Source: Octopus vulgaris (taxonomy: Eukaryota). From it: 64,000 nucleotides of DNA. How positions within the stretch are numbered: position 1 is the first letter of the stretch; the number at the start of each line of letters is the position of its first letter. Location of the stretch: assembly GCA_951406725.2 (NCBI GenBank), contig OX597819.1:119722001-119786000 (forward strand), in the 5' to 3' direction. The notes beneath the pieces are model-generated. The model saw only the letters and a program-made list of their open reading frames with translations. It did not search any database and was not told where the DNA came from. This document shows, in pieces, positions 42,296 to 55,719 of the stretch. The position numbers and the translations under genes are program-made.

Positions 42296-43904
42296 TGTAT
42301 ATATTTATATATTTATTTATATGCATGAGGATAAATATATGTGCGTGTATGTTGTGTCTGTGACTGAGTATACGAACGTATTTGTATAAAATTGCTATGT
42401 TACATAACGCGTCCTGTTCACTTATGTATAAATGTATGCACACAGCATACACACAAATATGTATGCATATAAATATGCATATATGTGTGTGTATGAATGT
42501 ATGTATATATGAAAAGTGTTTATTTATCCCCTGAAAGGCAATGTCTTCCCTGCACCTGGTGCTAATTGGTTTTATCCCTGTCCCTTTCGTAAAACTTTCA
42601 TAAACCTGTTGTCTTCATCTTTTCTATATTTTCGTCCCTCTTTCCTAACACCATGAAGCTGTTTTCCAGGATTTCCTTTCCATACTTAGTGTAGACTATC
42701 AGTTCTTTTGTTATTTTCATTTGTATGTCCTCTATTTGACTCTTACCAGTGTCATTTGACCTTTTCCTAACATGCATCGGTCCATGTTTCCTTGCTTTAT
42801 AATCTCATTGCATTTGACCCTCATATCCATGTTCTGTATATCACCGCTGGTAGAACTTGCTGAAAAAACAAACTACACATTCTTTGGCATAGTGGATTCA
42901 TAACCTCTTTTGTGTCTTGAACGCATTTTAGCTTGTTAAATTCCTTTTCTCTATAAACTTCGAACACCTGATTATGTTTAAACGGCAGAAAAGTTCGATG
43001 TTTCTGCTAATTAACGAATTGTAAATACACATGTGACTGTATGCTTTTGCGCTTCCAGGGCTACACTGAATCATGATATCGCATCTACAAAAGGGTACGA
43101 TGTGTTCAAAAGATTAATTGTCACGATACCATTTATTTTAACAAAAACCCACTTTTGAATTTGTAGATATATACATATTACTGAATTCTAGTTTTTCCAG
43201 TTTCCCTAATATAAATCTATCTCAAAATACTGTTTTTATAGTTGATGCAGGAATTACAACCGTGTTACGTGGTCTGCTACCACAACAGCTCCTTTATAGA
43301 ATCCAGTTAGATCAAGACATCATCAGCAGGAGGAACCACATCCGGTTTCAGCCCCTACTCCTAACCGTTTTGACGTGGCGGGGCTCCGCCTTCCTGAGGT
43401 GTCTTCAGTTCTGGTGCTGGGTGCATTTCTTCTTTCTTCTTCTTTCTTCTGTTCTCTGGCCTCTTCGATGCATCGTCAACGAGTGTCAGCCGGTGATTGA
43501 CTGACATGTCAAATTTTTCCCTCTAAATACCTACCGCTAGGCTCCAGCAGGCAGCCCCAGCAAGTTGTCACGTGACACTGTCTCACCTTAACTGACTGAT
43601 ATATTGAATATAAATAGCTTGAGTTTCCTTCATACCTCTTTTTAGTATCACGTAGTTATTTCTTTCAATATGCAACCCCCTTAGAGTTTATTCTGAACAA
43701 CTGAAATACACTTCCTGGACTTCATTACAATTGGTTTATTTTCATTCTTTCTATTTTGCCCTGATTGTTCTTGTAAATATGCTCCTCCCGTTTAGCAATT
43801 AGGAATCTGAGTGGTACGTCCTATTCCCATATCCCACTTTCAACCCTAACGAATTTATTTTGCAATGTGATGAATAAGAAACGATGCCTTTGGCTATCAT
43901 TTTA

Positions 43905-44100
43905 GTTTTCATCGTTTGAAAGCGGCTATGCAGGAGTACCGCCTGAAAGGGTCTTTTTTTAAAAGAAATCGACCGAGCACTTATTCTTTGTAAGCCTAGT
44001 ACTTATTCTATTGGTACCTTTTGTCGAACTGCTAAGTTGCGGGGACGTAAACACACCGACATCGGTTGGCAATCGATGGCGGGGTGGGGGTGGTGGCAAA
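43905..44100 (-). mobile_element. SINE family B, 3' half, diverged
   Basis: cttattctttgtaagcctagtacttattcta...ggggacgtaaacacacc. Confidence 0.65.
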
Positions 44101-45262
44101 CAGACTGAAAGATACACACACATAAACACACACATACACACGCATACACACACACACACTCACACACACACACATATATATATATCGATATCTATAAAAC
44201 TGAAATGCAAATAAGTGTTTGATTTATTGGTTATTTGTCTCCTTTTGGGATGAGAACGGTTTAAGGGTTGGTGGATGGGGTCGGATTGGCACCAAAATTT
44301 TCACTGGGAATAAAATGGGGTGCGCACTGGTGTGAGGAGGGTTGCAAGTCGCTCGAGGCCTCTGTTTGGTTGCCATGGTGAGGAATATGGGAAACATTGA
44401 GTTTTATGGGATAGACAAGTTGCGCTGTTTGAATAATGGTGGTTTTTGGTGTTGCTGCAGGGGCTAGAGGCGGTTAGCTTTAATTGGGGGTAAAAATATG
44501 GGCGATTTTGAAAAGTGGGGGTAAAATTTTGAAATTTTAAAAAGAGTACATTTTGCCTTATTTTTAGATTTAATTTTTTTTCTGTCTACATTCTTTGGTT
44601 GACATGGGTTAAAATGGCATTGTGTTGAAAATTTTAGTTCTCATTTACATCATGAACCGTCAAAATATACCAGAAAAAAGTATCAAATTTCACAAAATTT
44701 TAAGTAATATTGAATTATTTTGTGATTTTACTTGCAAGCGTAAAACTGCAGTTACTTTGTCGACTTGGGTTATCGATTTTTTCTCCGCGTAATCGTTCCG
44801 TATTTTTAAACCACTTTGTATTCTGAATTTTTTATGTTATTTAACATGTAGTTCGAATAGATTTTTATAATTAAAACCAATTTTGATGTTTTCCTGACTC
44901 AATTGTTTGCGGGTTGAAGATAAGACTAAATAAGGCTTCTTTCTAAACGCGGGTACACGTGGGTCTTTCGGAGCGGTCATTAGCGTCGCGCAACGACGGC
45001 GAGCAGCGTAAAGCGCTGCGATGCCATCAGCTATGGAGTTGATGAGAAGGAGAAAAGAAAGAGTGGAAGAAGAGAAAGAAGATAAAGACGAAGAAAAATA
45101 ATTAAAAAATAAGAAAAAGAAAAAGAAGAGGGCAATAAAAAGAACCAGGCAAAGAGGACGAACAAAAGAAGACAGGGAGTAGTCACGTATAAGATCAGCA
45201 CGAAAATGCAATTTCGCTTACCCTACTGTTCTTCAGCCAGTCCACGAAGTCAGAAACCGCAT

Positions 45263-45497
45263 AGGCGGTGAGCTGGCAGAAACGTTAGCAGACTGGGCGA
45301 AATGCTTAGCAGTATTTCGCCTGCCGTTACGTTCTGAGTTCAAATTCCGCCGAGGTCGACTTTGCCTTTCATCCTTTCGGGGTCGATAAATTATGTACCA
45401 GTTACGCACTGGGGGTTGATGTAATCGAATTAATCCGTTTGTCTGTCCTTGTTTGTCCCCTCTATGTTTATCCCCTTGTGGGCAATAAAGAAATAAG
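45263..45497 (+). mobile_element. SINE family A
   Basis: full-length; flanking accgcata direct repeat. Confidence 0.85.
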
Positions 45498-45913
45498 ACA
45501 CCGCATACGGATGTCTCGTATATAACTGTTGAGCCACCAGAGAAGCCACACAGAAAGACATGTTTGAAATTACAGCGACTTTCTTGCTGGGGCCAACCCC
45601 ACAAGCACTGTCTGCTACAAAGCGTGTGTGAATCGCACAGGTTTATCGAAGCGATTGAGGGCGAACAGAGGAAAATAATTAGAGTTATCGTGTGTGGATG
45701 CAGGTTAACAGTAGGGTGTTTAAGGAGCGCTACGTAGGATGGTAGTATAAGTGTGCGCATGTGTTTGCGTTTGTGTTTCTGTGTGTGTGTGTGTGTGTGT
45801 GTATGAGTGTGTGTGCATGAGTGTGTGTATGAGTGTGTGTGTGTGTGTGACTGCGTGTGTACGAGTGTGGGTATGGTTATTATTTTTATGCTAGTTTGAG
45901 AATAACAACGTTG

Positions 45914-46334
45914 GGATCTTTTCAGTTTGAACGTCAGTTTTTTCAAGCAGTGTCATATGAAATTGTCACCCATAATTATGACCCTAGTATCGATCTATTG
46001 CATTTCAATCTGCTTTAGGGTTAGGGTTAGGGTTAGGTGTGGGGGAAGGGCATCTTTTTTTCTTAACAAATGTAAATAAACCCTAATTGTTTCTTAAATG
46101 AGGGACATATTCATACGGCACCGAATGTTTTTTACCTCAATAGACATCATTGATTGGTTAAAATTGCTGAAATGGAAGAAAAAAAAACAAATATCTTGCA
46201 AACTATAGAATTTTCTCAATAAAGCCAAGAGAAAAAGATGTTTTATAAACACATTCTACCAGTATACGAAGTTTAAAAGTGTTTAGTTACGTGGAAATTA
46301 TTTTAAAAAACTGCCGTTCAAACCGAAAAGATCC
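45914..46334 (+). mobile_element. MITE (GGATC-ended family), copy 3
   Basis: 8-bp TSD caacgttg (45906-45913, 46335-46342); internal (ttaggg)3. Confidence 0.85.
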
Positions 46335-47189
46335 CAACGTTGCAATTATTAAACTATGAATAGAAATAAATTTAAATTTTTGACAGCGAATAAAGGTGCA
46401 TATACACAGATAAGCCCTGCGTATGATTGTGTCTATATTAGTGTGTATTAGAAATACACTAGAGAGATTAGATCCGAGAGCTTTCTATAAACTATAATGA
46501 TTTTTTGAGTGAACCGTAACACGTTTTTTATTGGTTGATTTTCGATGTATTCGATGTCTTTACTTGACTAGAACTTCTCTGTTCCTTAGTTTAATTCCGA
46601 TAGTCGAACCACTATCTCCATGCTGTGACAAATAGATTTTCTATTTCCTTTGTGCTGATGGAATTCAGGGCTCCAGTCTATTTGTTTTGTATTTTTGTTT
46701 TTGAGATTTCGGTATATTTAGCCTTTCATATAGGAGTATAAAATGAAATGTTGTGGCAGATCTTCTTTGCATTTAGCTACATGCAGATTGTGGTTCCTAA
46801 ATATGGAAACGCATTTGAATGCTACGAGAAAACAATTACTTTAAGTTTTGTACATATTAATAGATATTTTATTGGAAGCAGATAACGGGAAAAAAAACGA
46901 AGAGACAGATGGGATATGAACTCTCAGAATTATAGAATGTAACTAAATATTGCCATTTCTATTTCAAGTGCTGTCGTCAGCATTTCTTTCTGTAAATGTT
47001 TCCTTAACATAGCATATCGTCTGAAATGTGTACTTCTTGTTATATCCAATTAAATTCCCTTCTGTATAATATTTTATTGACACCCAGCTATGGAGAAATC
47101 ATAACCTCGGTGATGAGATGTTATCAGAATTTTGCGAAAGAAAGCTAAAATACTTCAGATGATTTTTTATTTATTTATTTATGCGCCTT

Positions 47190-47463
47190 TTTCAAGCCTA
47201 GCCAGGCTCATGGGCCCGGTTTCCCGGTTTCTATGATGTATGTCTTCCCCTCAGCTGTTACTCAAGAAACAAGAAGAAAGTGTGAGAGAAAGTTGGGGCG
47301 AAAGAGTACAGCAGGGGTCGCCACCACCACCCCTGCCGGAGCCTCGTGGAGCTTTTTAGGTGTTATTGCTGAATAAACACACACAACGCCCGGTCTGGGA
47401 ATTGAAACCGTGATCCTCCGACCGCGAGACCGCTACCCTAACCACTGGACCATTGCGCCTCCA
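47190..47463 (-). mobile_element. SINE family C
   Basis: reverse complement of the ggaggcgcaatgg..ccagtggttagg head. Confidence 0.8.
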
Positions 47464-48654
47464 CTTCAGATGTATTACAAAAGCAAATCCCTTTACCCGA
47501 AATGATTGTTTATGTTCTTTCTTTTCTCTTTCCTCTTTAATTCATTTCAATTGTTCTCTTCTGCATTTTTTCTGTCCCCTCTTCTCTCTGTCTCTCTCTG
47601 TCTCTCTCACCGCCCTCTCTCTCACTCTGTTTCTGTTCACATTTCCCCGATTCAAATTGACCCGAGTTTCAATCTATAGATGACGTGCTGTGATCCATAG
47701 ACATACGGAATAAAATAATAGGACGAATATGCTTTGATCGACATTAATAATAAAGAATCCCGCACGTCATGCTTTTCATACTAATGCAAACATACGCATA
47801 GATACATACATATTCTCATGTTTATGTAAGCACAGCATATTCTTACCATGTCATACGTAAGAGATAGTTATTTCTCAATGTTTTATCTTCATAAACTATT
47901 ACTCAGATTTTGACCCGAGTATTTGTGCATTTGTTTATCCAAGAATTTATGAACGAGAATATGATCCACTATGTTGGATTTATAGTTTATTTGACACTAT
48001 GATTTGTATTTTTAATACAAGTATGTACTTTATGTGTTTTTTTCTTTTAGGGCAAAGTTTAGGCGATAAAATTAGAAATTTTGTTAAATCGTTTGTAGTA
48101 TACAAATGTTAATGCTGACTTAATAGAGACTGTCTGGTATAAGAATATCATTGTAAACATTACCGTGAATAACACCAATTAATTGCTGACGATTATGTGA
48201 AGTCATACTTTAGAAACAAATATATTAATGTAAGCTAATAATATGTGTCTTCTATAAGTTTGACGCAGCTTTCCATACTCTGAGCAACGACACGTTTGAT
48301 TTATTGGCTTTGTGTTTCCATTGGGTGATTCAGGTCTCGAGAAGATATTGTTTTAGGAATTTTTGGTAGCCTTTTACTTTCAAATATTTTGTGTATTTCA
48401 AGTGCTTTTATTTTCATTTTCGGTTTTGCTTCAAGAATGAAATGTTTTGAATGTTAAAGCTTTGTGTCAATATTTTATGGATTGCGTGTTGTAAATACTT
48501 TAAATTATTTGGTGTATTTGAATTGTGTTTCGTCCTTCATAATTTATTCATGTCTCTTGCTTTAGCACATGCTGTTCGGGTGTAAGTCAACGTTGCTGAA
48601 AATTGTCTTACAAGTAGTATTATCTTATTTTACAAGTAGTATTATCTTATTTCT

Positions 48655-49417
48655 TATTTCTTTATTGCCCACTTGGAGCTAAAAATAGAGGGGACAAACA
48701 AAGAGATTAAGTCGATTACATCGACCCCAGTGCGTAACTGCTACTTATTTAATCGACCCTGAAAGGATGACAGGCAAAGTCGACCTCGGCGGAATTTGAA
48801 CTCAGAATGTAGCGGCAGACGAAATACCTATTTCTTTATTACCCACACGGGGTTAAACATAGAGGGGACAAACAAAGAGATTAAGTCGATTACATCAACC
48901 CCAGTGCGTAACTGGTACTTATTTAATCGACCCCGAAAGGATGAAAGGTAAAGTCGACCTCGTCGGAATTTGAACTCAGAATGTAGCGGCAGACGAAATA
49001 CCTATTTCTTTACTACCCACAAGGGGCTAAACACACAGAGGAGAAACAAGGACAGACAAACGGATTAAGTCGATTATATCGACCCCAGTGCGTAAGTGGT
49101 CTTAGTAATCGACCCCGGAAGGATGACAGGCAAAGTCGACCTCGGCGGAATTTGAACTCAGAATGTAGCAACAGACGAAATACCTATTTCTTTACTACAC
49201 ACAAGCGGCTAAACACAGAAGGGAACAAACAAGGACAGACAAACGGATTAAATCGATTACATCGACCCCCAGTGCGTAACTGGTACTTAATTTATCGACC
49301 CCGAAAGGATGAAAGGCAAAGTTGACCTCGGCGGAATTTGAACTCAGAACGTAGCGGCAGACGAAATACCGCTAAGCATTTCGCCCGGTTTGCTAACGTT
49401 TCTGCCAGCTCGCTACC
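48655..49417 (-). mobile_element. SINE family A, head-to-tail tetramer
   Basis: one complete head plus three head-less units, each joined at gacgaaatacctatttct. Confidence 0.9.
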
Positions 49418-50291
49418 TTTTTCTGCCAGCTCATCATTTCTAGTCTCGAAATTCGAAACTTTGAGCATATTCTTTGTGTTATATTAAATGATTTATTTGA
49501 TGTTGGTAAGTTTTGAGTAGCAATCATTAAATGATGTGTAGTGGATATAAGTTTCAATGATTGTGATATTTTGATTTATAAAATAACCAGAAAGCAAGTT
49601 ATTTCTATTGTATTTCAATGCGGAGTGGGTATTGTTATGCATGTTATTAATTAAGATTTGGAAACTAGGAGTGGGTGTCGATGGAAGGGATCAGTTATCC
49701 AACTAACGCTCCCAGTTAAATAATAGATATTTATAGAAGCTGCTTTCATTCATGTTGTAAAACATTATCATGTAGGATGAACTTAATTATTTCAGTAATT
49801 AAACCTTCTTCTGTTTCGTATGGGAATTCTTTGCAGAAGTTTGAAGACAGAAATCTATGGTTTCTGTTCCATAATTGTGTGAGATAGTAATGTATAGGTA
49901 CAATATAACAAATGATACAACAATAACATTTTTAACTCTCTCTCTCTTACCCCCTCCCTCTCTCTCTCTTTTTCTCTCTGTCTCTCTCTCTCTATCTATC
50001 TACACATATACACTAAATATCAAAGATAAGACATTGCAACGTAAATACGTTACGCCAAAATCTTTAGTTTGGCTTTTGAGTACAATGAAATATAAGGAAT
50101 GGAAAACTGACAAAGCGATGTAGTAAAGGATAAACTTCGAATAATAAATTATATATTTTACATCTAATATAGCATGTTAAATTCAAAACGGTCACTCATT
50201 TGCATATATACCTGTGTATAATTACGCAAGTGCATCTACGTTTCGCTGTTCATCTAATCTCTGTAAATCAAAAGAGACACTGCTGTGTTTT

Positions 50292-50449
50292 ACAGTTCTA
50301 TATTTAAGAGATGAGGAATTGTGTACATTATTTATATTATTTACATTATTTACATTCGACGGATATTTGTCCTCATCTTCTTTATTGTTAACAACAAACA
50401 AGATGAGGACAAATACCCGGCGAATGTAAATAATGTAAATAATGTAAAT
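50292..50449. mobile_element. Short hairpin insertion, probable Penelope-like 3' foldback
   Basis: IR 50331-50379 / 50400-50448; 13-bp direct repeat actgctgtgtttt at 50279-50291 and 50450-50462. Confidence 0.6.
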
Positions 50450-52782
50450 ACTGCTGTGTTTTGTTTTGTTTCACTTTTCCCGTCTACTTTTACATTCAGT
50501 ATTTTGTCTGTTGTATGGAATTAAGATTCAGCAGCTGAACGGAGGTTTGTTACATATCTCTGTCTATAAGCCATTCTCTTCTTTAGAGGTTTTAGCCAAG
50601 ATAATCTCACTACTCTAACTTACTCCATATCTACATCGGTTCCTTGGTGACATCCTCGGACAGTCTAATAAACATACGTAAGCGCAAATGCACAAGGAAA
50701 GCCTTTTAACCAATCAGCAATATTGAATAGGCATTATCTTCAATGAGAGAATTAGAGTTGCTTATTTTGAAGTGGGAGGAATGGCAAAATCAGGAGCACT
50801 GATTCTCGTGTGGTAGTGGATTTTATCATAGAATTATTATCTAATGAATCGACGTAACAAAATCACTGATTGTTAGTTCCGACTAAAGAGTTGTACTCAT
50901 GATCTGCTGTGTTCTAAACACAAAGCATAATACGATTACTGGAACCTGGAATCCTTATCTCAGAATATACAGAATGATTATTTGTTTGTAGCAGAAACAC
51001 AGATTGGGGTATTGGCACAAAATCTCTATGTTAGTCTTTAGTTCTGCTGTAGCGCAAATCATTTAAATGGTTTCAATGCTGTGGGAGAATATAGGACTAC
51101 GTTCAAAATAGAATGTATCACTTGAAGATCAATGTGTGGGGAAACTTTACACGGTGTAAAAAAATATGTCCTCAAATCTTAAGGCATCAGTATTTGTGTT
51201 TGTAAAGCACCTGTACATAATGCAAATGATGGCATAAAATATTGTTTCAGCTGTTGCAATGGCCGTTTATTCTATTGCAGAAAATATATAAAAACACTTA
51301 TTGGTAATGTGAAATTGACGCTTGGCAGTAAGAATGAATGGAACAGATGATGTATTTGCATGGGCTTGAAGATGCTAACAAAAATAACACAAGATGATTG
51401 GTTTTTGTGTAGTGAACTATCTCAGCCCCGAAGCCAATTTACTTAAGCACAACGATATTCACAAATATGCTGAGACTTGAGAAAAAGAAAATATCATAAT
51501 CAAATACAACATATTCTGAGCTACGCCAAATGTCGCTGGTAAAGATAGAACATATCGAAGCGAAAATATCGGAAGTGACTCATAGCTATACGAAGAATCC
51601 AGATAAGTCTTAAAGCTCAATTAAAGAAATAGATTAGCGGTTTTGATACAGAAAAGTTGAAGGATGATTGATTTGAAGATGTATTTATTATTGAATGTCG
51701 AAATCGATATGTTGTGCTAGAAGCCATAGTGGATATGCTTTAGAAGTCAGTGGCGCGTGGGAGAATTTAACAAAGGCATACGGGAATATAGCAAATGGTG
51801 TTCTGTGTACAAGAAAGATAAAAAGGGAAATGGATTTCGAGGGAAACAGGAGAAATTATTGAGATATGAAAGAAACCAAACGTGAAGGTTGAAATCGGGA
51901 GAGGAACATTAAAATGAAAAGAGCTGAAGAGTTGATGTTCAACAGAGAGGTGAAAAGGTTTTCAAGAAGAGATAAAAGAATGTCTTAGAATGTTGAAGCT
52001 GACAAAATATATAAATTTCAAAAGCAGGTAACAGGCGTAAGAGGGATCAGAAAAACTTACAAAATAATAAATGAGATTAGTTGAGAAGAAAAGTGTTGAA
52101 AAAGATAACTTGCAATGAATGAGAGCGCATAAAATCTGATATGATAATCCACAAAAGATGGGATCGAAACAACATTTTAAAACAGTCATAAATGAGATGC
52201 TTAATCAGAGAAATTATTCTATTCATGAAATACTATTGCAGCTAGATAAATGGGTGTGCATGAAAGGAGATAACCAAGTTGTCCAAAGACGACAAACGCT
52301 TGGACATATTTGGCCGAGAAAAATGCTGAGTGAAAGAAGAGATAACGACTTGAAAGAGGCTGAAAGAGAAGCAAACAAACAAGACACATGTATCATACAG
52401 CATTGTCAAAGATGCTGACAACAGAATTGAACCTTTTTATGGTTATTTCTGTTCATCTTCATCTGCTCCTTTTGTAAATTTGTAACTAAGTGAAATATTG
52501 AATGCGATGAAATAAACTCTATTCATTTTTTCCCAATCTTTTGTTGGAATATGTGGATATATTTATTATCACACTTAGCAGTTTTGTTTATTATCTCAAA
52601 TACAGCGAAATTGTAACGGTCTACGTACTTGGGACTTGTAGAGGTTTTGCATAAAGAAAATAGAAAACTGTAAGGAGTTCTTAGATTGTAGGCATACTTA
52701 ATTATCAAGTATACGGAATTGCAATATCCTCTGGACTTATGTATTTTTACTGAAATCCGTTTGTGGGTCGACAACAAAGCGC

Positions 52783-53349
52783 TTAAAATTCCTCAGCATT
52801 GAAGAGCATTCTTCCTTTTATTCTTTTAATAGTTTCAGTCGCCGGAAACTGTGAAATAAAATCAAGGTGTCTAATTTCTCTAGGAGAATATTTCTCCGAA
52901 GAACTTTTTAACGCATATGTTAATGGTTTATGGTCAGTGAAAGTAAATGACCTACCTTCAAGAAGATGTCTGAAATGCTTAATTGACAAATAAGCTGCCA
53001 ACAATTCTCTGCCGAACACACTGTAATTAGTTTCTGGTGCCTTGAATTTTTTTGAAAAAAATGATAATGGTTTCCAGGAATTACAAGGAAATTGCTGTAG
53101 AACGCCACCGATTCCAACATCGGAAGCATCAATCATCATTGATAATTTTACTTCAGGAACCTGATGGTTTAAAAGTGTTGCTTTACACAGTTTCTCTTTA
53201 ATTTTTTTAAAAGCTTGTAATTCTGCTTCTTTTAAAGTTATGGCTTCATATTTTTTCTTTCTATTTTTCAATAGCTCAGTTAAGGGATATAGGGTTTCCA
53301 TGACTTTGGGAATAAACTTTCTGTAAAAATTAACTATCCCTAAAAATTC
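52783..53349 (-). pseudogene. pol: Ty3/Gypsy pol, RT connection and RNase H
   Basis: DASDVGIGGVL, NYSVFGRELLA, FTDHKPL motifs; in frame with the RT ORF across a TGA at 53350-53352; similarity ends near ISQF (~52850); no integrase. Confidence 0.9.
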
Positions 53350-54420
53350 TCAGAGCTTCCTTAAAGTCTTCGGTACAGGAAAGTTTTTTATTGCTTCAAC
53401 TTTTTCTGGTAATGGGCGAATTCCATCTTTATTTATAAGATGACCCAGAAAAGATATGGTGGGTTCACCAAAAATACACTTCGATGGATTTATCACAATG
53501 CCAAAATTCGTCAATCTTTCGAAAATTGTTTTTAAATGTTCTTCATGTGTTTCTTCTGATGGACTAGCAATGAGAATATCATCTATATAAGCAAATACGA
53601 AAGGTAAATCTCTTGTTACTTCGTCCGTAAATCTTTGAAAAGTGTTTGCTGCGTTCCTCAATCCGAAAGGCATGCGAAGAAATTCAAATAAACCAAATGG
53701 AGTGGTAATCGCTGTCTTCGGTATATCATTTTCTGCAACAGGAATTTGATTGTATGCTCTGACTAAATCAATTTTTGAAAAAATAGTACAACCACTCAAA
53801 GAAGTTGCAATGTCCATAATGTGTGATATCGGATATGTGTCTGCTTTTGTTTTTGCATTAAGTTGCCTGAAGTATCCACAAGGTCGCCAGTCTATAAGAT
53901 TTTTCTTTACTATAACTAATGGTGTTGACCAGCTACTACTGGAGGGACGGATTATACCTAGATCCATCATATGTCGAAATTCTGCCTTAGCCACCTTCAA
54001 TTTTTCCGGAGATAATCTTCTCGCCTTAGAAAAACTTGGTGGTCCTTGTGTGACGATGTGATGCTCTACCGAATGCACACACTTGGTATTCAGAGCTAAC
54101 TGTTTCGTGATATTTGGATAATTCTTCAAAATCCTGTGATATCTATTTTCTGAGGACGCTATGAAATACAATGGACTAACTGTGCTTTTTCTGCATCTCA
54201 TTCCTTGAATTTTTAATGAAGTTTCTGTGTCTATCAATTTTTGTTTTCTAACATCTACCATTAAATAATAGTGTGCCAAAAACTCCGCTCCTAATATTGG
54301 ATATGGTAAATCTGCTACTATGAAGATCCATTTATATTCTCTTCTTAAATTTATATCTAGAGTTAAGCTAATCTCTCCAAATGTTTGGATTTCAGATTGA
54401 TTCACTGCTTGAAGAGTCAA
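53350..54420 (-). pseudogene. pol: Ty3/Gypsy pol, protease C-terminus and reverse transcriptase
   Basis: [32 protein letters not shown] motifs; premature stop KL*EFLG. Confidence 0.95.
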
Positions 54421-54574
54421 ATATACAGGTTTGGTTTTTTTGTTTTAAAAGCTTTACAGGCCAAATTGAACAAGCTGCTCCTGTATCAACTAAAAACCTT
54501 TCTTTCGAGTTTAAGTCATAGACGAAAAATACGCGACTTTTTATGATATTATCCACAGATTTCGTCGCATCCAA
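54392..54574 (-). pseudogene. pol: Ty3/Gypsy aspartic protease N-terminus
   Basis: FLVDTGAACS active-site motif; frame-shifted from the RT ORF near 54430. Confidence 0.85.
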
Positions 54575-54582
54575 TCGGTAGT

Positions 54583-55431
54583 TCAGAAGTTTTCCGAATT
54601 TTCCTTTTTTTTATTAAGGAAATCAAATGCACAAGGTTTAATACATTTGAATGATTTGTCTCCAAATTTAGCATGGTACCAACATATGACGTTTCTTTTT
54701 AAACTAGGGCTCCTTGATCTCCTGCGCCATCTAGCATTTTTTTGTTGAACCAAGCGACTGTTTCTTTCGAGTTGCAAACTCTCTATTTTTTTTGTCAATA
54801 ATTCAAATTGTTTTTCATAAGAATTTTTTAATTCCTGTATTTCATTCGAAATAGATGGAATTGCATTTACAGTTTCTTTGGATGATAATTCCAGAATACT
54901 GTCTGCTAAATCTGCCAACTGTTGAATGGAGTTTTGGTTTTTAACGGCCAAAAACAAAGTTTGAGTTTTATATGGCAATTTATTGAAAACAACTTCTTTA
55001 AGATAAGATTCTTCTATCTGCTGATTTCCCAGTTCATTCATTCTTCGTAGAAGTTGTGTGGGTTTTTTATTACCCAACTCTTCATTGTTGAACAACTTCG
55101 CAAACTCTTTTTGTTTAGAATTTGATGTTCGTTTCAATATTTCCTCTTTAATTGAAGAATAAGAAACTGGTTCTATAGGGTTTAGTAGCAAGTCTCTAAT
55201 TTCATTACTTAGAGGTGGAGGTAAATTGCTAAGCATTATATTGTATTTCTGCTCTTCATTTGTAATTTTATTAGCTTTAAAGCTTGCCTCCAGTTGTGCC
55301 AACCAAATTACGGTGTCTCCAGTCCACGGAGGACAATTCAATACATTCACAGAAGCTTGTGTGTAATTTCTATCGAAATATGACGTCTCAAATTCTTTTA
55401 TATTCTCAAATTCTTTTATATTCTGCTCCAT
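54583..55431 (-). CDS. gag: Ty3/Gypsy Gag-like protein (282 aa)
   Basis: intact ORF upstream of protease; WLAQLEASF, LGNKKPTQLLRRM, C-terminal CWYHAKFG..CIKPC knuckle. Confidence 0.85.
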   Translation of the reverse strand: MEQNIKEFENIKEFETSYFDRNYTQASVNVLNCPPWTGDTVIWLAQLEASFKANKITNEEQKYNIMLSNLPPPLSNEIRDLLLNPIEPVSYSSIKEEILKRTSNSKQKEFAKLFNNEELGNKKPTQLLRRMNELGNQQIEESYLKEVVFNKLPYKTQTLFLAVKNQNSIQQLADLADSILELSSKETVNAIPSISNEIQELKNSYEKQFELLTKKIESLQLERNSRLVQQKNARWRRRSRSPSLKRNVICWYHAKFGDKSFKCIKPCAFDFLNKKKENSENF

Positions 55432-55719
55432 GAATATTTTCTCAAAAGAAAAAAAATTTTTGTTATGTTATTAAGCTTTTAACAGCTCAAAATATTTTTA
55501 TATTGCTAGAAAGTGCAGCTAAAATTTTCTTTCTTAAAATTTCTTCTTCAGTGTTCTTCTTGTTTCAACTTTTAAATATTTGTTAATAAAATATTTATGC
55601 AATAATTCTGTAACTTATGTTTATTATATTATTAAATTTTCCACCAGTTTGTCGGTGTTTATATTTTTTTTTATTTAAAAATTTTTTTTTCTATAGGTTT
55701 TTCCTATAGGCTTTTTTTA

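Noticed and set aside
46015-46036. Telomere or chromosome-fusion relic
   Set aside because: The short TTAGGG run is internal to a MITE
51400-52420. Possible LINE ORF2 remnant (also 42540-42960)
   Set aside because: Only faint motif resemblance with many stops; cannot be supported without a search
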